Shown here piece by piece: positions 1 through 8,884 of a stretch of DNA of 33,309 bases. The position numbers were made by a program, and so were the translations under genes. Within the stretch, counting starts at the first letter, position 1. The number at the start of each line of letters is the position of its first letter. This DNA is from Paracoccaceae bacterium (lineage in GTDB: Bacteria > Pseudomonadota > Alphaproteobacteria > Rhodobacterales > Rhodobacteraceae): the NCBI GenBank assembly GCA_041546005.1, contig JBFEXG010000001.1, positions 1 to 33,309 on the forward strand, read 5' to 3'. The notes under the pieces were generated by a model. It did not search any database and was not told where the DNA came from. It worked only from the letters and a program-made list of their open reading frames with translations.

Positions 1-500
1 ATGATCGCCGCATCATCGACGACCCTACTCATGGCAAGGCTCTCGGGCACGAACCAGTCCGAGGCCTTCTCGTCGATGCCCTCGTCGGTGGCCGCGATCT
101 CGACGCGGATCAGCGCGGAAGTGATCCTTTGGCCGGGCGCCTCGGAAAGCCAATCTTCGGGGAAGAAGCTGAACGCCGACCCCTCGAAGGGGCGATCGGC
201 CACACCCTCGCCAAAGATCGTGTAGGTGACAAACTCGGTGTGGCTTTCCCATTTCAGAACGTATCTGCCGATGGGTCCGAAATAGTGAGTGGCATCCGGC
301 TGCGGATGCGGGGCGCCGAAGCGGTCGAGCAGCGCCAAAAGATGTTTGAGGTCGGCCTCTTTGTCGCGGCTGGCCGCCTGTTGGGAGGGTTTCAGCGCAA
401 GATAGGCGGCCCGACACGGCGCCGTCAGCGTCGGAAAGGGACGCGCGTGCAGCTCGTTGGCCAGCATATAGCGCAAAGGGTGGTCAGCAATGGGTGCCAT
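1..500 (-). CDS. DUF3422/COG4949-like membrane-anchored protein, N-terminal part (continues beyond left edge)
   Basis: Not in the supplied ORF track. My reverse-strand translation from ATG (498-500) gives MAPIADHPLRYMLANELHARPFPTLTAPCRAAYLALKPSQQAASRDKEADLKHLLALLDRFGAPHPQPDATHYFGPIGRYVLKWESHTEFVTYTIF..., open to position 1. A strong SD (AAGGAG) lies 6 nt upstream. GC-rich third codon positions. The LxxELHARPF N-terminus matches DUF3422 as I recall it. Confidence 0.6.
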   Translation of the reverse strand, partial: MAPIADHPLRYMLANELHARPFPTLTAPCRAAYLALKPSQQAASRDKEADLKHLLALLDRFGAPHPQPDATHYFGPIGRYVLKWESHTEFVTYTIFGEGVADRPFEGSAFSFFPEDWLSEAPGQRITSALIRVEIAATDEGIDEKASDWFVPESLAMSRVVDDAAI

Positions 501-524
501 GATGGGCTCCTTTGCGCCGAACCT

Positions 525-552
525 AGCCGGATTTGAGCCGGTGACAAGCCGG
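525..552. repeat. Three AGCCGG hexamers at exact 11-nt spacing (525-530, 536-541, 547-552) upstream of the DUF3422 gene
   Basis: Read directly: ctAGCCGGatttgAGCCGGtgacaAGCCGGaaaac. Lies 25-52 nt upstream of the start codon at 500, in the 114-nt gap after the decarboxylase stop. Confidence 0.5.
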
Positions 553-614
553 AAAACGCTGTGTTATGAGGGTGTTAGCGGCACACTATCGCATACCGCC
601 AACGCCTTGCCCTC

Positions 615-1787
615 TTAGATGCAAACCACCTGCAGCGGCGGGAAGCCGTTGAAACAAACCGAAGAATAGGTCGAGGTATAGGCTCCGGTGTTGCGGATCA
701 GCACGCGGTCGCCCGCCTTGAGCGTCAAGGGCAGCGGCATCGGGCGCTTTTCGTAAAGCACGTCGGCGCTGTCGCAGGAGGGGCCGGCCATGATGCAGGG
801 GCCCATCGGGTCGGCATCGCGCGGGGTGGTGAACTGATAGCGGATCGCTTCGCCCTCGGTCTCGGCAAGGCCCGAGAAACGGCCAATCGAGAGATAGACC
901 CAGCGGTGCACATCGCGGTCGGACTTGCGGGATACCAGCAGCACCTCGCAGACGATCACGCCAGCCTCGGCCACCATGCCACGGCCCGGCTCGGCCATGA
1001 TGCGCGGCACATCGCCAAAGCGCGCGCGGACCATCTCGATCACGGCGGCGGCATAGTCGGTCGGGGCCTGAATCGCTTCGCCATAGAAGGCCGGGAAGCC
1101 ACCACCGATATTGAGGAGGGTCAGGTCGTGACCGGCGGCCTTGGCGGCGTGCCAGACCTTGGCGAGCGCATCGAGCGCCGGCGCCCACATCTCGGCGCGG
1201 CGGGTCTGGCTGCCGACGTGGAACGACATACCGACGGGTTTCAAGCCAAGGCTCTTGGCATAGTCCATCAGCCGGATGGCGGTATCGCCGTCGCAGCCAA
1301 ACTTGCGGGTGAGCGGCCAGTCGGCCTCGCTCGCCTCGACGATCAGGCGGATATAGACATCCGAGCCCGGCGCGATTTCGGCGATCTTCTCAAGCTCTTC
1401 CTCGGCGTCGGCAGCGAAAAGGGTGATCCCGTTGTCGCGGGCCCATTCGATGTCCTGACGGCGCTTGATGGTGTTGCCGAAGGAAATCTGGTCGGGGGTC
1501 GCGCCTTCGCCGAGGCAAATCTCGATCTCGCCGCGCGAGGCGGCATCGAAATGCGAGCCGAGCTTGACGAGGCGGGCGATCACCTCGCGGGCGGGGTTGG
1601 CCTTGACGGCATAGTGAATGTCGGCGCTGCCGAGGCCGGCCTTGAGGGCACGGTATTGCGTCTCGACCCGGTCGACGTCGATCACAAGCGTCGGCCGCTC
1701 GAATTCATGGGCGTCGACATAGGCATCAAGGCGGGAAGGTGAGTCGATACGGGAGGCGCTCTGCGCCCCGGCAACAGCTACAGTCAT
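615..1787 (-). CDS. Type III PLP-dependent ornithine/lysine/arginine decarboxylase (Orn/DAP/Arg decarboxylase family 2)
   Basis: ORF 615..1832. Contains HYAVKANP (PLP-lysine motif), GMSFHVGSQ, LNIGGGFP, EPGR and CDSAD motifs typical of eukaryotic-type ODC/LDC. I prefer the ATG at 1787 (GGAG 6 nt upstream); ATG 1793 is an alternative. Confidence 0.9.
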   Translation of the reverse strand: MTVAVAGAQSASRIDSPSRLDAYVDAHEFERPTLVIDVDRVETQYRALKAGLGSADIHYAVKANPAREVIARLVKLGSHFDAASRGEIEICLGEGATPDQISFGNTIKRRQDIEWARDNGITLFAADAEEELEKIAEIAPGSDVYIRLIVEASEADWPLTRKFGCDGDTAIRLMDYAKSLGLKPVGMSFHVGSQTRRAEMWAPALDALAKVWHAAKAAGHDLTLLNIGGGFPAFYGEAIQAPTDYAAAVIEMVRARFGDVPRIMAEPGRGMVAEAGVIVCEVLLVSRKSDRDVHRWVYLSIGRFSGLAETEGEAIRYQFTTPRDADPMGPCIMAGPSCDSADVLYEKRPMPLPLTLKAGDRVLIRNTGAYTSTYSSVCFNGFPPLQVVCI

Positions 1788-2007
1788 GGTCATCTCCAAT
1801 AGACCCGGCCATCTATGGCCGCTCAGTTCCAAGGGAGACGTTACCGTCGCTACGTAAACACGTTCAGCGGTGACTGCTTTACCGGCCAGAGGCGCGTGCG
1901 TTGGCGTCTTGAGGCGCGCATTTGGGGCAAGTTGCGAGTCGTTTCAAGGCAAAAACCTCCCCTTGGGCCATTTATTTCACAAATGCCGCGCGAAGTAACC
2001 TATCGTG

Positions 2008-2035
2008 TTGATCCTGCAACGGAATTTCCTATATT
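2008..2035 (+). promoter_or_regulatory. Candidate sigma70-type promoter for the rluE-like gene (TTGATC-N16-TATATT), overlapped by inverted repeat GGAATTT(2021-2027)/AAATTCC(2042-2048) and the 10-bp palindrome TTTGATCAAA (2035-2044)
   Basis: Read directly from the 305-nt divergent intergenic region. The hexamers are near consensus and correctly placed about 60 nt upstream of ATG 2099. Confidence 0.35.
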
Positions 2036-2098
2036 TTGATCAAATTCCACCCCATCCGCCCCCTTCCCGCCTGCGCCGTGGCAGAGTAGGACTGGCAC

Positions 2099-2731
2099 AT
2101 GACCCGCTTGATCGCCTTCAACAAGCCCTTCGACGTCCTGTCGCAGTTCACCGATTCCGGCTCGCCCACCGAGCGGCGGACCCTGTCGGAGTTTGGCCTG
2201 CCTGCCGGCATCTATCCCGCGGGCCGGCTCGACCGTGATAGCGAGGGTCTTCTTCTTCTGACAGACGATGGTCGCCTGCAGGCGCGGATCGCTGATCCCG
2301 CGTTCAAACTGGCAAAGACCTACCTCGTTCAGGTCGAAGGCGCACCCACGGACGCCGACCTCGCGCCCCTGCGCGCCGGGGTGAAACTCAAGGACGGGAT
2401 GACCCTGCCCGCCGGGGCGAAGCTCATTGAGCCTCCTGCATTGTGGGACCGTGACCCGCCGGTCCGGTTTCGCAAATCCGTCCCTGACCGTTGGATATCG
2501 CTCACGCTCCACGAGGGCCGCAACCGGCAGGTCCGGCGGATGACAGCGGCCATCGGCTTTCCGACCCTGCGATTGATCCGGTGGCAGACGGGGCCGTGGA
2601 GCCTCGACGGCCTTCAGCCCGGCGACTGGCGCGAGATCGATGCCTCCGACTTGCCGCTCATGCCGACCGGCGCAGGCCAACGCCCCAGACAAGCGCCACG
2701 ACCGAAAGCCCGCCACCGAGCCAGAAAGTAG
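2099..2731 (+). CDS. rluE: RsuA/RluE-family rRNA pseudouridine synthase lacking an S4 domain
   Basis: [17 protein letters not shown]...[20 protein letters not shown]...YLVQVEG...[10 protein letters not shown]. The catalytic GRLD motif and short length are typical of RluE. Has a basic C-terminal tail. Confidence 0.85.
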   Translation: MTRLIAFNKPFDVLSQFTDSGSPTERRTLSEFGLPAGIYPAGRLDRDSEGLLLLTDDGRLQARIADPAFKLAKTYLVQVEGAPTDADLAPLRAGVKLKDGMTLPAGAKLIEPPALWDRDPPVRFRKSVPDRWISLTLHEGRNRQVRRMTAAIGFPTLRLIRWQTGPWSLDGLQPGDWREIDASDLPLMPTGAGQRPRQAPRPKARHRARK

Positions 2732-2739
2732 CTTCCGCC

Positions 2740-3333
2740 CTACCAGACCTCGGGATCGATCCCCTGCTCTGCCAGCTTTGCAAACTTGTCCTGCAAGTAG
2801 CGCTGGAAGTGCTGGTTCTTGTAGTCTTGGGTCACCACATACTCGAGGCCCGAGATGAAGTGGAATGGCTTGAAATAACCGGGCAGCCGGAAAACTTCCG
2901 CCTCACGCAGACTGGCCGCACCGACAGTCTCCGGCGGGAAAAACAGCATCGTCGGCGTGAAATTGACAAACCATTTCACCGCGAGGTCGCGCTCCTCAAG
3001 CTCCTCGCCGTCGAAATCGAGCACCGCGCGCGAGCCAAACATATCAAGCTGGACCACATCGAAATGCTCGCTGAGATAGCGGGTGATTTCCTCGCGCTTG
3101 AAATTCACCTCGTGCAACTCGCGGCAATAGGGGCAGCCGCGCTGCTCGAAGAGGATCGCCAGTGATTTGCCTTGGTCGGCCGCCTCCTCATGGTCGAGCG
3201 CCATTTCGAGAAAGCTGTCTTTGAGAAAGTGTTCGTCGTAAAGCCCGTCGTCCCCGACAGTGCCCTGTGCCTGCGCGCGTCCGGCGGTCACAAGGCTGGC
3301 GGCGGACAGGGCGAGCAGTGTTCTACGGTCCAT
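2740..3333 (-). CDS. Periplasmic thioredoxin-fold protein (COG2143-like), CPYC active site
   Basis: N-terminal signal MDRRTLLALSAASLVTAGRAQAQG (twin-Arg-like), then FEQRGCPYCRELH, a CxxC thioredoxin-type motif. Confidence 0.75.
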   Translation of the reverse strand: MDRRTLLALSAASLVTAGRAQAQGTVGDDGLYDEHFLKDSFLEMALDHEEAADQGKSLAILFEQRGCPYCRELHEVNFKREEITRYLSEHFDVVQLDMFGSRAVLDFDGEELEERDLAVKWFVNFTPTMLFFPPETVGAASLREAEVFRLPGYFKPFHFISGLEYVVTQDYKNQHFQRYLQDKFAKLAEQGIDPEVW

Positions 3334-3382
3334 AGTCGTCTCCCTGTTCCCAGTCCCGTGAGGCCATTGTAGCAGGGGCGAA

Positions 3383-3416
3383 ATGAAAAAGGCCCCACAT
3401 TTTCGTGTGGGGCCTT
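3383..3416 (-). terminator. Rho-independent terminator of pntAB
   Basis: On the minus strand: AAGGCCCCAC-acgaaaat-GTGGGGCCTT followed by TTTCATTT. A 10-bp perfect stem, 18 nt downstream of the pntB stop. Confidence 0.85.
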
Positions 3417-3433
3417 CGATAGGTCGGATTTCC

Positions 3434-4867
3434 CTACTGGATCCGCGTCAGAAGATCGTCGAGCGATTTCTTGGCGTCGCCATAGAACATCCGCGTGTTC
3501 TCTTTGTAGAAGAGCGGGTTTTCGATGCCCGAATAGCCGGTGCCTTGGCCCCGCTTGGAGACGAAGACCTGTTTAGCCTTCCAGCATTCCAGAACCGGCA
3601 TACCGGCGATGGGGCTGTTGGGATCTTCCTGAGCAGCGGGGTTCACGATGTCGTTCGAGCCGATGACGATGGCAACGTCCGTTTCCGGGAAGTCTTCGTT
3701 GATCTCGTCCATCTCGAGCACGATGTCGTAAGGCACCTTGGCTTCGGCCAGAAGCACGTTCATGTGGCCCGGAAGGCGGCCCGCGACGGGGTGGATCGCG
3801 AAGCGGACTTTCTTGCCCTTGGCCCGAAGGCGGCGGGTCAGTTCGGCCACGTTCTGCTGGGCCTGCGCCACGGCCATGCCATAGCCCGGGATGATGATGA
3901 CGCTGTCGGCATCTTCCAAAGCGGCGGCAACACCGTCGACGTCGATAGCGATCTGCTCGCCGTCGATTTCCATGGCCGGGCCGGTCGTATTGCCAAAGCC
4001 ACCCAAGATCACGCTGATGAACGAGCGGTTCATCGCCTTGCACATGATGTAGCTCAGGATCGCACCCGACGAACCGACAAGCGCGCCGACCACAATCAGA
4101 AGATCGTTGCCGAGCGAGAAGCCGATCGCAGCCGCGGCCCAGCCCGAGTAGCTGTTCAGCATCGAGACAACGACAGGCATATCCGCGCCGCCGATCCCCA
4201 TGATCAGGTGATAGCCGATGAAGAACGCCAGAAGCGTCATCGCGATCAGCGTCCAGATGCCCGCGCCGTTGAGGAACATCGCCAGAAGCACAAGGCTGCC
4301 CAGCGCCGCGCCGGCATTGAGGGCGTGGCCGCCCGGTAGCTTGGTCGCCTTCGAGGTGACCTTGCCGGCGAGCTTGCCAAAGGCGATGACCGATCCGGTG
4401 AAGGTTACGGCGCCGATAAAGACACCGAGGAAGACCTCGACCTTGAGGATGGTCTGCTCGACCGCATCCTTATGGGCAAGGATCGCGGCAAAGCCTTCCA
4501 GCGCCTCGCGCTCTTCCGCGCTCATCGCCAGAACGCGGCCAAGCTCGAGATAGGCGTTATAGCCCACGAAGACAGCCGCCAGACCCACGAGCGAGTGCAT
4601 CGCGGCGACAAGCTGGGGCATTTCGGTCATCTGCACGCGCTTGGCGACGATATAGCCGATGATGCCACCGGCCACGATCAGGACAACAGAGAGGGTCCAG
4701 AGGCCCGCGCCGGGGCCAACGAGGGTCGCGGCGACGGCCAAGGCCATGCCCGCGATGCCATACCAGACGGCCCGCTTGGCGCTCTCCTGCCCCGAGAGGC
4801 CGCCGAGCGAGAGGATGAACAGGACAGCCGCAACAACGTAGGCGGCGGTGGTGAAACCGATTTCCAT
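3434..4867 (-). CDS. pntB: NAD(P) transhydrogenase subunit beta
   Basis: 477 aa. Polytopic N-terminal membrane domain plus a C-terminal NADP(H) domain ([43 protein letters not shown]). Confidence 0.95.
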   Translation of the reverse strand: MEIGFTTAAYVVAAVLFILSLGGLSGQESAKRAVWYGIAGMALAVAATLVGPGAGLWTLSVVLIVAGGIIGYIVAKRVQMTEMPQLVAAMHSLVGLAAVFVGYNAYLELGRVLAMSAEEREALEGFAAILAHKDAVEQTILKVEVFLGVFIGAVTFTGSVIAFGKLAGKVTSKATKLPGGHALNAGAALGSLVLLAMFLNGAGIWTLIAMTLLAFFIGYHLIMGIGGADMPVVVSMLNSYSGWAAAAIGFSLGNDLLIVVGALVGSSGAILSYIMCKAMNRSFISVILGGFGNTTGPAMEIDGEQIAIDVDGVAAALEDADSVIIIPGYGMAVAQAQQNVAELTRRLRAKGKKVRFAIHPVAGRLPGHMNVLLAEAKVPYDIVLEMDEINEDFPETDVAIVIGSNDIVNPAAQEDPNSPIAGMPVLECWKAKQVFVSKRGQGTGYSGIENPLFYKENTRMFYGDAKKSLDDLLTRIQ

Positions 4868-4880
4868 TTGCCCGGCCTCC

Positions 4881-6458
4881 TTAGGATTTCTGGAACATGG
4901 CGAGCATTCGCCGGGTGACGAGGAAGCCGCCGAAGATGTTGATCGCAGCCATGAAGACCGAGAGCGCCGCCAGAACGATCACAAGCGTCGAGCCCGACCC
5001 GATTTGCAGAAGCGCACCGAGGATGATGATCGACGAGATCGCGTTGGTCACGGCCATCAAGGGCGTATGCAAGCTGTGGCTGACGTTCCAGATCACCTGG
5101 AAGCCGATGAACACCGACAGGACGAAGACGATGAAGTGCTGCATGAAGCTGGCGGGCGTATAGAGACCCGCGAGCAGCATCAGCGCCGCACCGACGCCAA
5201 GGAGTGTGACCTGATTGCGGGTCTGGGCCTTGAAGGCAGCAACTTCTTGGGCGCGTTTCTCCTCGGCGGTCAGCTCTTTCGGCTTTTCCTTCTTCTGAAC
5301 CGCAATCGCCTGAACCTTGGGAGGCGGCGGCGGGAAGGTGATCGCGCCGTTGTGGGTCACGGTCGCGCCCCGGATCACATCGTCTTCCATGTTGTGGTTG
5401 ACGACGCCGTTCTTCTCGGGCGTCAGGTCGGTCATCATGTGGCGGATGTTGGTCGAATAGAGCGTCGAGGCCTGCGCCGCCATCCGGCTCGGGAAGTCGG
5501 TATAGCCGATGATGATCACGCCATTGTCAGTGACAATCCGCTCGTCGGCCTTCGTGAGCTTGCAGTTGCCGCCCTTCTCAGCCGCAAGGTCGATGATCAC
5601 GGAGCCGGGCTTCATGGATTTCACCATGTCCTCGGTCCACAATTCGGGCGCTTCGCGGTTGGGGATAAGGGCCGTGGTGATCACGATGTCCATATCGGGC
5701 GCGATCTCGCGGAACTTCTTGAGCTGCGCTTCGCGGAACTCGGGGCTCGAAGGCGCGGCATAGCCTCCGGTGGCAGCGCCGTCCTGCTGGGATTCTTCGA
5801 AATCGAGATAGACAAACTCGGCGCCCATAGACTCGACCTGTTCGGCCACTTCGGGGCGCACGTCGAAGGCATAGGTGATCGCGCCCAGCGAGGTCGCCGT
5901 GCCGATCGCGGCAAGGCCGGCCACACCGGCACCAACCACCAAAACCTTGGCGGGCGGCACCTTGCCGGCGGCGGTCACCTGACCGGTGAAGAAGCGGCCA
6001 AAGTTATTGCCCGCCTCGATCACCGCGCGGTAGCCCGCGATATTGGCCATCGACGACAGCGCATCCATCTTCTGGGCGCGGCTGATGCGGGGGACCATCT
6101 CCATGGCGATGACATTGGCACCCTTGGAGGCCGCCAGTTCCATCAGCTCTTTGTTGGCGCCGGGATTGAAGAAGGAGATGAGCGTCTGCCCTTCGCGCAG
6201 GCGCTTGACCTCGGCCTCGGTGGGCACGCGGACCTTGGCGACAATGTCGGCCGCCTTGAAGAGCGCGGCGGCAGTCTTGACGATCTCGACACCTGCCTCC
6301 TTGTAGGTGGCATCCGAAAAGCCGGCCTTCTCACCTGCGCCGGTCTCGATCACGCACTCGTAGCCGAGCTTTTGCAGATCGCGGGCCGAAGCCGGGGTCA
6401 TGGCGACCCGGTTTTCGCCCTCAATGATTTCCTTTGGTGCACCGATTTTCACGGGCAA
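4881..6458 (-). CDS. pntA: NAD(P) transhydrogenase subunit alpha (fused dI plus membrane dII part)
   Basis: 525 aa. [39 protein letters not shown] Rossmann motif, C-terminal TM helices. SD GAGGGAGG upstream. 13-nt gap to pntB. Confidence 0.95.
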   Translation of the reverse strand: MPVKIGAPKEIIEGENRVAMTPASARDLQKLGYECVIETGAGEKAGFSDATYKEAGVEIVKTAAALFKAADIVAKVRVPTEAEVKRLREGQTLISFFNPGANKELMELAASKGANVIAMEMVPRISRAQKMDALSSMANIAGYRAVIEAGNNFGRFFTGQVTAAGKVPPAKVLVVGAGVAGLAAIGTATSLGAITYAFDVRPEVAEQVESMGAEFVYLDFEESQQDGAATGGYAAPSSPEFREAQLKKFREIAPDMDIVITTALIPNREAPELWTEDMVKSMKPGSVIIDLAAEKGGNCKLTKADERIVTDNGVIIIGYTDFPSRMAAQASTLYSTNIRHMMTDLTPEKNGVVNHNMEDDVIRGATVTHNGAITFPPPPPKVQAIAVQKKEKPKELTAEEKRAQEVAAFKAQTRNQVTLLGVGAALMLLAGLYTPASFMQHFIVFVLSVFIGFQVIWNVSHSLHTPLMAVTNAISSIIILGALLQIGSGSTLVIVLAALSVFMAAINIFGGFLVTRRMLAMFQKS

Positions 6459-6573
6459 ACCTCCCTCTTCACTATGCTTCGCGCCCTTTTAGAGAACGCG
6501 GGTCCATTTCACAACGCAACGTCGTTTCGGCGCAGAATTTGCCGCAGACGCGACGACGATGCGGAACTTTGGG

Positions 6574-7026
6574 TTAGAGCCATCTGCGGGTCTTCTCGCA
6601 GTAGCGGGCGAAATCGGCGCGGTATTTGCGCCGCAGCCGATCTTCCTCGGCAAAGATAAAGTGCCGCTCGATCCACCAGAAGAACACCGGCACGAGAACC
6701 AAGGCCTCGGGCGCGTCGAGTTTCAGGATGAACCCCGTCAACACCAGCACATCGCCCAGATAGATCGGGTTGCGGCTGCGGCGGAAGATGCCCGACTGTA
6801 CCAGATGCGAGGCCTCTCGGTGCGGGATGAACGTCGTGCGCCATTTGCGCATCTCGACCACCGCGAGAAGCATCAGGATAACTCCGCCACCGATCAGGAT
6901 GCCCGCTAGAAAATCGGACCACGCTCCGCCAAAGCTCAAGCCCCAATGATCTGCGATGGCGATACGCCACGCGATGCCCCCGAAGAGCGCCAGCCAGACG
7001 GGTGGAATGTCGATCCACTTGAGCAA
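6574..7026 (-). CDS. Isoprenylcysteine carboxyl methyltransferase (ICMT)/phospholipid methyltransferase-family membrane protein
   Basis: 150 aa, about 4 TM segments. SGIFRRSRNPIYLGD and EEDRLRRKYRADFARY motifs are typical of PEMT/ICMT-like proteins. Apparent TTG start with GGAGG 9 nt upstream. Confidence 0.7.
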   Translation of the reverse strand: MLKWIDIPPVWLALFGGIAWRIAIADHWGLSFGGAWSDFLAGILIGGGVILMLLAVVEMRKWRTTFIPHREASHLVQSGIFRRSRNPIYLGDVLVLTGFILKLDAPEALVLVPVFFWWIERHFIFAEEDRLRRKYRADFARYCEKTRRWL

Positions 7027-7052
7027 ACCCCTGTTCCTCCATTCTGGGCAGG

Positions 7053-7080
7053 GTAGACATTCAAAAAGATGAATGTCTAC
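7053..7080. promoter_or_regulatory. Perfect inverted repeat GTAGACATTCA-N6-TGAATGTCTAC in the divergent ICMT/kynU promoter region (candidate operator)
   Basis: Read directly. 11-bp perfect arms (7053-7063 / 7070-7080), spacer aaaaga. 27 nt upstream of the ICMT start and 111 nt upstream of the kynU ATG. No gene ends here, so a terminator role is unlikely. Confidence 0.55.
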
Positions 7081-7190
7081 GGAAAACGCCCCCTGCGGCG
7101 GCTTGTCCTACCGGGCCTTTCCCTTGGCCCGACGACAGACTAGACCGTTGTATAGCCAATGCACCCCCAATTTCGCGGAAAACTACTTTC

Positions 7191-8399
7191 ATGACCGATT
7201 TCGCCGCCACCAAAGCCCGCTTTCACCTGCCGAAAGACGTTGTCTACCTCGACGGCAACAGCCTTGGCCCTCTTCCCAAGGCGGCGGCTGGCCGTCTGGC
7301 CTCGGCGGTGACGGACGAATGGGGCGAGATGCTGATCACCGGCTGGAACCGTGGCGGGCGCGATGGGGCCGGATGGATGGCGATGCCCACCGGAATCGGC
7401 GACCGTATCGCCCGGCTGATCGGCGCCGAACCGGGCCATGTGGTGATGGGCGACACGCTATCGATCAAGGTTTATCAGGCGCTGGCCTCGGCCATCGAGA
7501 TGCGCCCCGATCGCAAGGTGATCCTGTCGGACAGCGGCAACTTCCCGTCTGACCTTTATATCGCTCAAGGCCTGATCAAGAGCCTCGGGCGTGGGCTCGA
7601 GCTGAAGGTCGTCGCGCCGGAAGAGATCGCCCATCACATCGACGAGACTGTGGCTGCGACGCTCATTACCGAGGTCGATTACCGCACAGGCCGCCTGCAC
7701 GACATGAAAGCGCTAACGGCCAAGGCCCATGCCGCAGGCGCGCTGGCGATCTGGGATCTAGCGCATACCGCGGGGGCAACCGAGGTGGACCTCGCCGGCG
7801 CGAAAGCCGATTTTGCGGTCGGCTGCACCTATAAATACCTCAACGGCGGCCCCGGTTCGCCCGCTTTCATCTATGTCGCCCCGCGCCACGCCGAGGTGGC
7901 CCGCCCGGCCCTCTCCGGTTGGCTCGGGCATGAGGCGCCCTTTGCCTTCGACCTCGACTATCGCCCCGGCCACGGGATCGAGCGGATGCGTGTCGGCACC
8001 CCGCCGGTTCTGGCGCTGGCGGCGCTCGAAGCATCCCTCGATATCTGGGACATGACCACAATGGCCGATATCCGCGCCCGCTCGGTCGAACTAACCGAGG
8101 CCTTCATCGAAGGCGTCGAAGCGACTTGCCCGATGCTCACCCTCGCCTCGCCCCGCGACCCGAACCTGCGCGGCAGCCAGATATCGTTCCGCTTCGAGGA
8201 AGGCTACGCCGCCATGCAGGCGCTTATCGCGCGCGGCGTGATCGGCGATTTCCGCGCGCCGGATATCATGCGCTTTGGCTTCACGCCGCTCTACATTGAC
8301 GAGGGCGACGTGGCGCAGGCGGTCGATATCATCGCGGATGTGATGAACCGCCACCTCTGGGACCGCCCCGAATACCGCAAGAAAGCCCGCGTGACGTGA
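7191..8399 (+). CDS. kynU: Kynureninase
   Basis: 402 aa. DVVYLDGNSLGPLP, WDLAHTAG, CTYKYLNGGPG (PLP-lysine region), MRFGFTPLY. Typical bacterial kynureninase. Confidence 0.92.
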   Translation: MTDFAATKARFHLPKDVVYLDGNSLGPLPKAAAGRLASAVTDEWGEMLITGWNRGGRDGAGWMAMPTGIGDRIARLIGAEPGHVVMGDTLSIKVYQALASAIEMRPDRKVILSDSGNFPSDLYIAQGLIKSLGRGLELKVVAPEEIAHHIDETVAATLITEVDYRTGRLHDMKALTAKAHAAGALAIWDLAHTAGATEVDLAGAKADFAVGCTYKYLNGGPGSPAFIYVAPRHAEVARPALSGWLGHEAPFAFDLDYRPGHGIERMRVGTPPVLALAALEASLDIWDMTTMADIRARSVELTEAFIEGVEATCPMLTLASPRDPNLRGSQISFRFEEGYAAMQALIARGVIGDFRAPDIMRFGFTPLYIDEGDVAQAVDIIADVMNRHLWDRPEYRKKARVT

Positions 8400-8884
8400 C
8401 CTTTCAGGTTCGTCCCTACCGCGCCGATGACCGCGCCGCTATGGCCGAGGTCTTCTACCGCGCGGTGCGGGAGGGAGCGAAGGGCGCATACTCCGAGGCG
8501 CAGCTCGAGGCTTGGGCGCCACAGGTCGAGCCAAATTGGGAAAGGCCCGACAAGCTTCTCGACCAATGGGCTTGGGTCGCGGTCGACGAGCGCGGAACGA
8601 TGCTCGGGTTCATGTCGCTCGATCACACCGGCTATCTCGACATGGCCTTTGTCATCCCAGAAGCAAAAGGGACCGCAGTCGCTCGGACCCTCTACGAAGC
8701 CCTGCTCGCTCGCGCCCGCGAGGCTGGATTGAAGCGCCTGACTGTCCGCGCCTCAATCCTAGCCCGCAAGTTCCTACTCAAGCAGGGCTGGCAGGTGGAC
8801 AAGCAGCACATGCACGAGGCGGCAGGTCAGATCTACGAGACCTATCTCATGTCGCTGGGCCTGAACGGGCCTTCCCAAGGCTAG
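8396..8884 (+). CDS. GNAT-family N-acetyltransferase, translationally coupled to kynU
   Basis: 162 aa. GTG start overlaps the kynU stop (GTGA, 8396-8399). Has the GNAT-like core ...GYLDMAFVIPEAKGTAVARTLYEALLARAREAGLKRLTV.... Confidence 0.75.
   Translation: MTFQVRPYRADDRAAMAEVFYRAVREGAKGAYSEAQLEAWAPQVEPNWERPDKLLDQWAWVAVDERGTMLGFMSLDHTGYLDMAFVIPEAKGTAVARTLYEALLARAREAGLKRLTVRASILARKFLLKQGWQVDKQHMHEAAGQIYETYLMSLGLNGPSQG

Noticed and set aside
4848-6659. 603-aa ORF on the + strand, antisense to pntA
   Set aside because: Shadow ORF typical of high-GC genomes. The composition is dominated by R/G/D/H/A/L runs with no recognisable domain, and it is fully overlapped by an unambiguous pntA on the opposite strand.
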